Part shown: piece by piece, positions 61,701 through 64,000 of the stretch
Numbering within the stretch: position 1 is the first letter of the stretch
How the letters are laid out: every line of letters begins with the position of its first letter
DNA from: Podarcis melisellensis
Lineage: Eukaryota
Assembly (NCBI GenBank): GCA_964234715.1
Contig: OZ174276.1
Direction: 5' to 3' (one strand)
DNA: 64,000 bases
The notes under the pieces: model-generated
Told to the model about the DNA's origin: nothing
Database searches by the model: none
What the model saw: the letters and a program-made list of their open reading frames with translations, nothing else
Translations under genes and position numbers: made by a program

Positions 61701-63889
61701 TTAATGGGCTGACATATGCATCTAAGTTTGTGTTGGACTATGTGCATAGCATGTGATGCCCAGAACTACTGTATTACCGCCAGGAATTAGAGGCAGCAAG
61801 CATCTGAATATCAGTCACTGCGGGGTGGGTGCCGGCAGGGCGATTCTGTACTTATGTTTTGTATGAAGGCTTATGTAGGCATCTGGTTGGCTACAGTGTG
61901 AGATAGGATGCAGGACTAGATAGGCCTTTGGTCAGATCCAGCAGGGATCTTCTTTTGTTCTTATGAATGGTAACTGTATTCTATAATATATAATGAACCA
62001 GAGAGCTATAACCTGTTAGTTATAATCTGAATATAATTTTAAGGAAGCTTTCTTAAAACCGAGGGCAATCACAGCAACTCTCTTGGAACAGCTTTGCCAT
62101 TTGTTTCACTGCAATGAAGGACGTGCACACAAATTTGAGTGTATGTGGATCTCTGGTTCAAGGCTTCTATTCCTGATGCTGTTTAAATTGGCCAAAGCTT
62201 CTTGTTGACACCAGCTGCAGTTACTTCTCTGAAACCATTCACCTTTGACTTTGCTGTGTTATCATTTCCTTTTCCTTAGTAAACAATGCTTTCAGAAGCT
62301 GAGGATGTTGCAGTGAAAAACCCACTAATATTGCCCATCATAATTGCAAAATACTTGCTTTTTTCTGCAGAGATTAGGCTACATAAATAAAAACAGAAGT
62401 GACAGCTACTTTTGGAGTCTTGAAAGCCTTATGTACTTGACTAGATGGTTGATTTTTACAAAGAAAGGTTCTGGATCTAACTTTCTGTTGCACTTTCTGG
62501 TCTTGAAGCCTTGTCCCTTAATTCTAAACAAATGGGCGGTGGGGAGAGGTGGCTGTAGCTATGCAGTGCTTCACATGCTCAGATGCCATCTATTTAAAAT
62601 TGCATTTACGGTATTTATTTTAAAACATTTTTATACTGCTTTATATATAAATTGTCCGAAGCCAGTGTACAACCGTAAAACATAGCAACAACTGAAAGAA
62701 CATTGTTAAGATAGTCATATTAAAACAGTTTCCAATAAGCTGTAGCGTGTACAATTAATACCAAGTATCAGGAAACACTGGATAAGTTTCTAACATTCAT
62801 TGCAAACACAGGTGGAGCATGCTGTGTTTTGTAAGGAGGTTGTTCCTGCTCATGTAGTCAAGGCTTTTTTTACTGTTGGTTTGGGGCTGGATTTCCAAAG
62901 GCTGTGGTACTGAACTCAGTGGGACTTGCCTTATAAAAAGGAAACATGCATAGGATATTGGCATTCTGTACAAACAGGTAGTGCCCCAGGTGTGGGCTTC
63001 TTAAATGGGCAAGGGGCAGATCCAAGGGAAGCCTACCTGCTCTCTCAGCTCTGCCCCCTGGCGCAGCCCAAGTCCCCAGCCTGCATCCCCATTAGCCAAA
63101 GCCGGGTGCAGACTAGGATCCAGTTCCTGATAGGAGAAGGGGACTTAAACCCCCACCACTTATAAGGAAGGGCATCACTGTTCCAGTTCCCTTGTTGGGG
63201 CCCCAGTGAAGTTTCTTCTGTCCTGCAACGCTGCCACACCAAAAGGGGTAAGCGGTCTGGAGTGAAAGGGGAGGAAGCAGAGGGAGGCCACTCCTTTTAT
63301 CTTTTGTGTGACAGCCCCCTTAGCTACTGTTTTGAAAGTGTGTGTGTGTGTGCATGCGTGCATGCGCCGGTGCGCAACATAATTTGACTAAACTTGGGAG
63401 AGTGGGGCTTGTGGATTTCACTAAGAAACATAACCTCCATATTCTGAGCACTAATTTCGTTGGCACAGTACATGAGTGAGGCAGGCCACTTACCTGCCTG
63501 GCAAGGCAAATGCTGCTGTTGATGAGCTCTGTGCTGTCCCCGTAAGTCAGTGCTAGGACTAGGTGAATAACGAAGGGCTGCAGTAGGTAGCTTGCAGGTG
63601 GCGGGCTGCCTGCTTTTATTGCGCCCTTCTGATTATGCCAACGCAAGTGCTTGACTTGTTCCAAAAGGCTCTCGGTGGAAATATGTGCAGCTGCTAGGGG
63701 AGGAGCTGGACCTTCGACGCGTCGCCTGGAGGCTCCCAGCAGAATTGATCCCTCGTTACTCGGACAGCAGCTGCTTTTCCTCGGACACAGAGGGTCTCCT
63801 CCATGAGGATAGCACCCCCTCTGAGCTGGTGGACAGTGATGCAGCCAGTCGCAGTCTACTAAGGAGTGGGACTCCCCTGCCCCAACCAG
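28434..63889 (+). CDS. ITGB4: Integrin beta-4, multi-exon CDS (32 coding exons in window, 3'-incomplete)
   Basis: The spliced translation gives a signal peptide, PSI, beta-I/VWA ([14 protein letters not shown]; [14 protein letters not shown]), hybrid, Cys-rich EGF repeats, TM with Cys cluster, the long beta4-specific tail, Calx-beta, FnIII-1/2 and the connecting segment. Exon sizes largely match those I recall for human ITGB4, and phases are consistent throughout. Confidence 0.98.
29426..29508 (+). CDS. ITGB4: ITGB4 exon 3 (PSI)
   Basis: [27 protein letters not shown]; ag/gt; 83 nt. Confidence 0.95.
30115..30174. repeat. Exact 30-bp tandem duplication
   Basis: gttgatgtggattgtcttccaacaacattt twice. 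Confidence 0.9.
30363..30613. mobile_element. MITE family B copy
   Basis: Same TIR and internal palindrome as 21019-21269. Confidence 0.82.
30803..30904 (+). CDS. ITGB4: ITGB4 exon 4
   Basis: [18 protein letters not shown]...; 102 nt. Confidence 0.95.
30938..31404 (-). mobile_element. Bov-B LINE 3' fragment
   Basis: [47 protein letters not shown]; (CAA)n tail; possible TSD gatggg(a/c)tt. Confidence 0.93.
31575..31768 (+). mobile_element. Sauria SINE 3' fragment
   Basis: Core plus (TTTACC)n tail. Confidence 0.85.
31777..31946 (-). mobile_element. Sauria SINE 3' fragment
   Basis: (GGTAAA)n followed by the reverse-complement core. Confidence 0.88.
32074..32278 (+). CDS. ITGB4: ITGB4 exon 5 (MIDAS)
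   Basis: TQVSPQ...[19 protein letters not shown]; 205 nt. Confidence 0.97.
32719..32815 (+). CDS. ITGB4: ITGB4 exon 6
   Basis: [26 protein letters not shown]; 97 nt. Confidence 0.97.
33467..33638 (+). CDS. ITGB4: ITGB4 exon 7
   Basis: [18 protein letters not shown]...[22 protein letters not shown]; 172 nt. Confidence 0.97.
34822..35085 (+). CDS. ITGB4: ITGB4 exon 8
   Basis: [27 protein letters not shown]...[17 protein letters not shown]; 264 nt. Confidence 0.97.
35910..36032. mobile_element. hAT MITE inserted in an older repeat
   Basis: TIR taaggttacca/tggtaacctta; perfect TSD agctagca. Confidence 0.88.
37753..37842 (+). CDS. ITGB4: ITGB4 exon 9
   Basis: [30 protein letters not shown]; 90 nt. 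Confidence 0.96.
38158..38280 (+). CDS. ITGB4: ITGB4 exon 10
   Basis: [10 protein letters not shown]...[10 protein letters not shown]; 123 nt. Confidence 0.96.
38955..39350 (-). mobile_element. Degraded RTE-clade LINE 3' fragment
   Basis: The - strand reads [18 protein letters not shown], the typical RTE C-terminal zinc finger, with stop codons. Confidence 0.75.
40073..40240 (+). CDS. ITGB4: ITGB4 exon 11
   Basis: [23 protein letters not shown]...ICDACPCEL; 168 nt. Confidence 0.95.
40452..40528 (+). CDS. ITGB4: ITGB4 exon 12
   Basis: [25 protein letters not shown]; 77 nt. Confidence 0.95.
40600..40650. repeat. (TTGG)n(TTGA)n microsatellite
   Basis: Seen directly. Confidence 0.93.
41141..41352 (+). 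CDS. ITGB4: ITGB4 exon 13 (EGF-like)
   Basis: RGATCNCST...[14 protein letters not shown]...[10 protein letters not shown]; 212 nt. Confidence 0.96.
42762..42865 (+). CDS. ITGB4: ITGB4 exon 14
   Basis: [35 protein letters not shown]; 104 nt. Confidence 0.96.
43177..43517 (-). mobile_element. Sauria SINE, near full length
   Basis: Matches the other copies; 15-bp TSD cagaga(t/g)ggggtagg. Confidence 0.93.
43564..44025 (+). mobile_element. Solo LTR of a second Gypsy-like family (462 bp)
   Basis: TGTCA...TAACA ends, perfect CAGAC TSD (43559-43563 and 44026-44030), AATAAA at 43953-43958. Confidence 0.85.
44881..44979 (+). CDS. ITGB4: ITGB4 exon 15
   Basis: [16 protein letters not shown]...; 99 nt. 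Confidence 0.96.
45433..45666. mobile_element. MITE family B copy
   Basis: TA-cagtcatacctt...aaggtacaactg-TA with the same palindrome. Confidence 0.82.
46143..46275 (+). CDS. ITGB4: ITGB4 exon 16 (beta-tail)
   Basis: [27 protein letters not shown]; 133 nt. Confidence 0.93.
47206..47328 (+). CDS. ITGB4: ITGB4 exon 17
   Basis: [14 protein letters not shown]...IIVQRKK; 123 nt. Confidence 0.95.
48216..48322 (+). CDS. ITGB4: ITGB4 exon 18 (transmembrane)
   Basis: [36 protein letters not shown]; 107 nt. Confidence 0.97.
48812..48845 (+). CDS. ITGB4: ITGB4 exon 19
   Basis: [11 protein letters not shown]; 34 nt. Confidence 0.93.
49219..49309. mobile_element. 91-bp hAT MITE
   Basis: TIR catag(g/c)tgtcaac; TSD gattacag/ggttacag. 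Confidence 0.82.
49675..49708. repeat. (ACAT)n microsatellite
   Basis: Seen directly. Confidence 0.9.
49780..50134 (-). mobile_element. Sauria SINE, full length
   Basis: Matches the other copies; TSD tataatatg(c/g)gta. Confidence 0.93.
50482..50667 (+). CDS. ITGB4: ITGB4 exon 20
   Basis: [37 protein letters not shown]; 186 nt. Confidence 0.96.
51316..51419 (+). CDS. ITGB4: ITGB4 exon 21
   Basis: [23 protein letters not shown]...VEEN; 104 nt. Confidence 0.96.
51658..51716 (+). CDS. ITGB4: ITGB4 exon 22
   Basis: [19 protein letters not shown]; 59 nt. Confidence 0.95.
52014..52037 (+). CDS. ITGB4: ITGB4 exon 23 (24-nt microexon)
   Basis: LQPNAGK; ctccag acceptor and gtaagg donor. Confidence 0.92.
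52766..52914 (+). CDS. ITGB4: ITGB4 exon 24
   Basis: [10 protein letters not shown]...[15 protein letters not shown]; 149 nt. Confidence 0.96.
53286..53465 (+). CDS. ITGB4: ITGB4 exon 25
   Basis: [24 protein letters not shown]...VNITIIKEQ; 180 nt. Confidence 0.96.
54001..54149 (+). CDS. ITGB4: ITGB4 exon 26 (Calx-beta)
   Basis: [13 protein letters not shown]...[12 protein letters not shown]; 149 nt. Confidence 0.96.
54308..54512 (+). CDS. ITGB4: ITGB4 exon 27 (Calx-beta)
   Basis: [27 protein letters not shown]...; 205 nt. Confidence 0.96.
56654..56814 (+). CDS. ITGB4: ITGB4 exon 28 (FnIII-1 start)
   Basis: ...[32 protein letters not shown]; 161 nt. The CAGAAG tandem acceptor allows a 3-nt shift. 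Confidence 0.94.
57199..57379 (+). CDS. ITGB4: ITGB4 exon 29 (FnIII-1)
   Basis: [13 protein letters not shown]...[12 protein letters not shown]; 181 nt. Confidence 0.97.
57638..57813. mobile_element. hAT MITE
   Basis: TIR cagtgcttttt/aaaaagcactg; perfect TSD tttaaatg. Confidence 0.88.
58295..58447 (+). mobile_element. Short tRNA-Lys-derived SINE with CR1-type tail (Squam3-like)
   Basis: tagctcagtctgtagagcatgagactct...gggttgtgggtttgagccccatgttgggc followed by ggtcccttccaactctacaattctgtga. Confidence 0.8.
58465..58575 (+). mobile_element. Degraded CR1 LINE fragment
   Basis: cttgttttct...gagggcaggactaga...aagattacaagaaaacagattttggctaaac resembles the end of CR1 ORF2. Confidence 0.55.
59221..59358 (+). 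CDS. ITGB4: ITGB4 exon 30 (FnIII-2)
   Basis: [29 protein letters not shown]; 138 nt. Confidence 0.97.
60029..60211 (+). CDS. ITGB4: ITGB4 exon 31 (FnIII-2)
   Basis: [42 protein letters not shown]; 183 nt. Confidence 0.97.
60747..60878 (+). CDS. ITGB4: ITGB4 exon 32 (connecting segment)
   Basis: [10 protein letters not shown]...[18 protein letters not shown]; 132 nt. Confidence 0.97.
63668..63889 (+). CDS. ITGB4: ITGB4 exon 33 (beta4C-type cassette exon)
   Basis: [30 protein letters not shown] resembles the human beta4C insert; 222 nt, symmetric phase. Confidence 0.88.
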
Positions 63890-64000
63890 GTGAAGGACGA
63901 CTGCCTTCTTCCCTCCCTCCCAGTAACTTGTGTCTCGTCCTCCTCCAAGGGCCTAGAACCAGATTTTAGCCTTCCCATCACTACAGTAGATACATGTTGG

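Noticed and set aside
1-64000. CRISPR arrays, operons or other prokaryotic systems
   Set aside because: The sequence is vertebrate intron-exon DNA with no repeat-spacer arrays. Most short ORFs in the track use non-ATG starts and are noise.

Overview
Vertebrate genomic DNA, squamate and probably a lacertid lizard, judged from Sauria SINEs, Bov-B and a tRNA-Lys/CR1-tail SINE. The window holds most of the integrin beta-4 gene (ITGB4, + strand). I traced 32 coding exons by hand (human-numbered exons 2-33, 4345 nt, about 1448 aa). All are GT-AG with continuous phase, and the gene runs off the right edge. A candidate promoter and non-coding exon 1 lie near 1.9-2.2 kb. Upstream of the start codon, in the presumed intron 1, is an intact, apparently very young 6494-bp Ty3/Gypsy chromovirus of the Tf1/Sushi (PEG10-like) type on the - strand (9201-15694). 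It has identical-looking 767-bp LTRs, a CATAG TSD, an 11-nt self-priming PBS instead of a tRNA PBS, and a GGGAAAC -1 frameshift with a stimulatory stem. Most unusually, its pol ORF continues about 350 aa past a degenerate chromodomain, through an FxGF motif, the PPT and the whole U3 of the 3' LTR. A divergent solo LTR (43564-44025) shows the same coding-U3 architecture, which suggests a lineage-wide design. The rest is ordinary squamate intronic repeat content: SINEs, Bov-B/RTE/L2/CR1 fragments, hAT and Tc1-mariner MITEs, a Penelope fragment with a hammerhead ribozyme, and microsatellites. All coordinates were read by eye and no database search was run.
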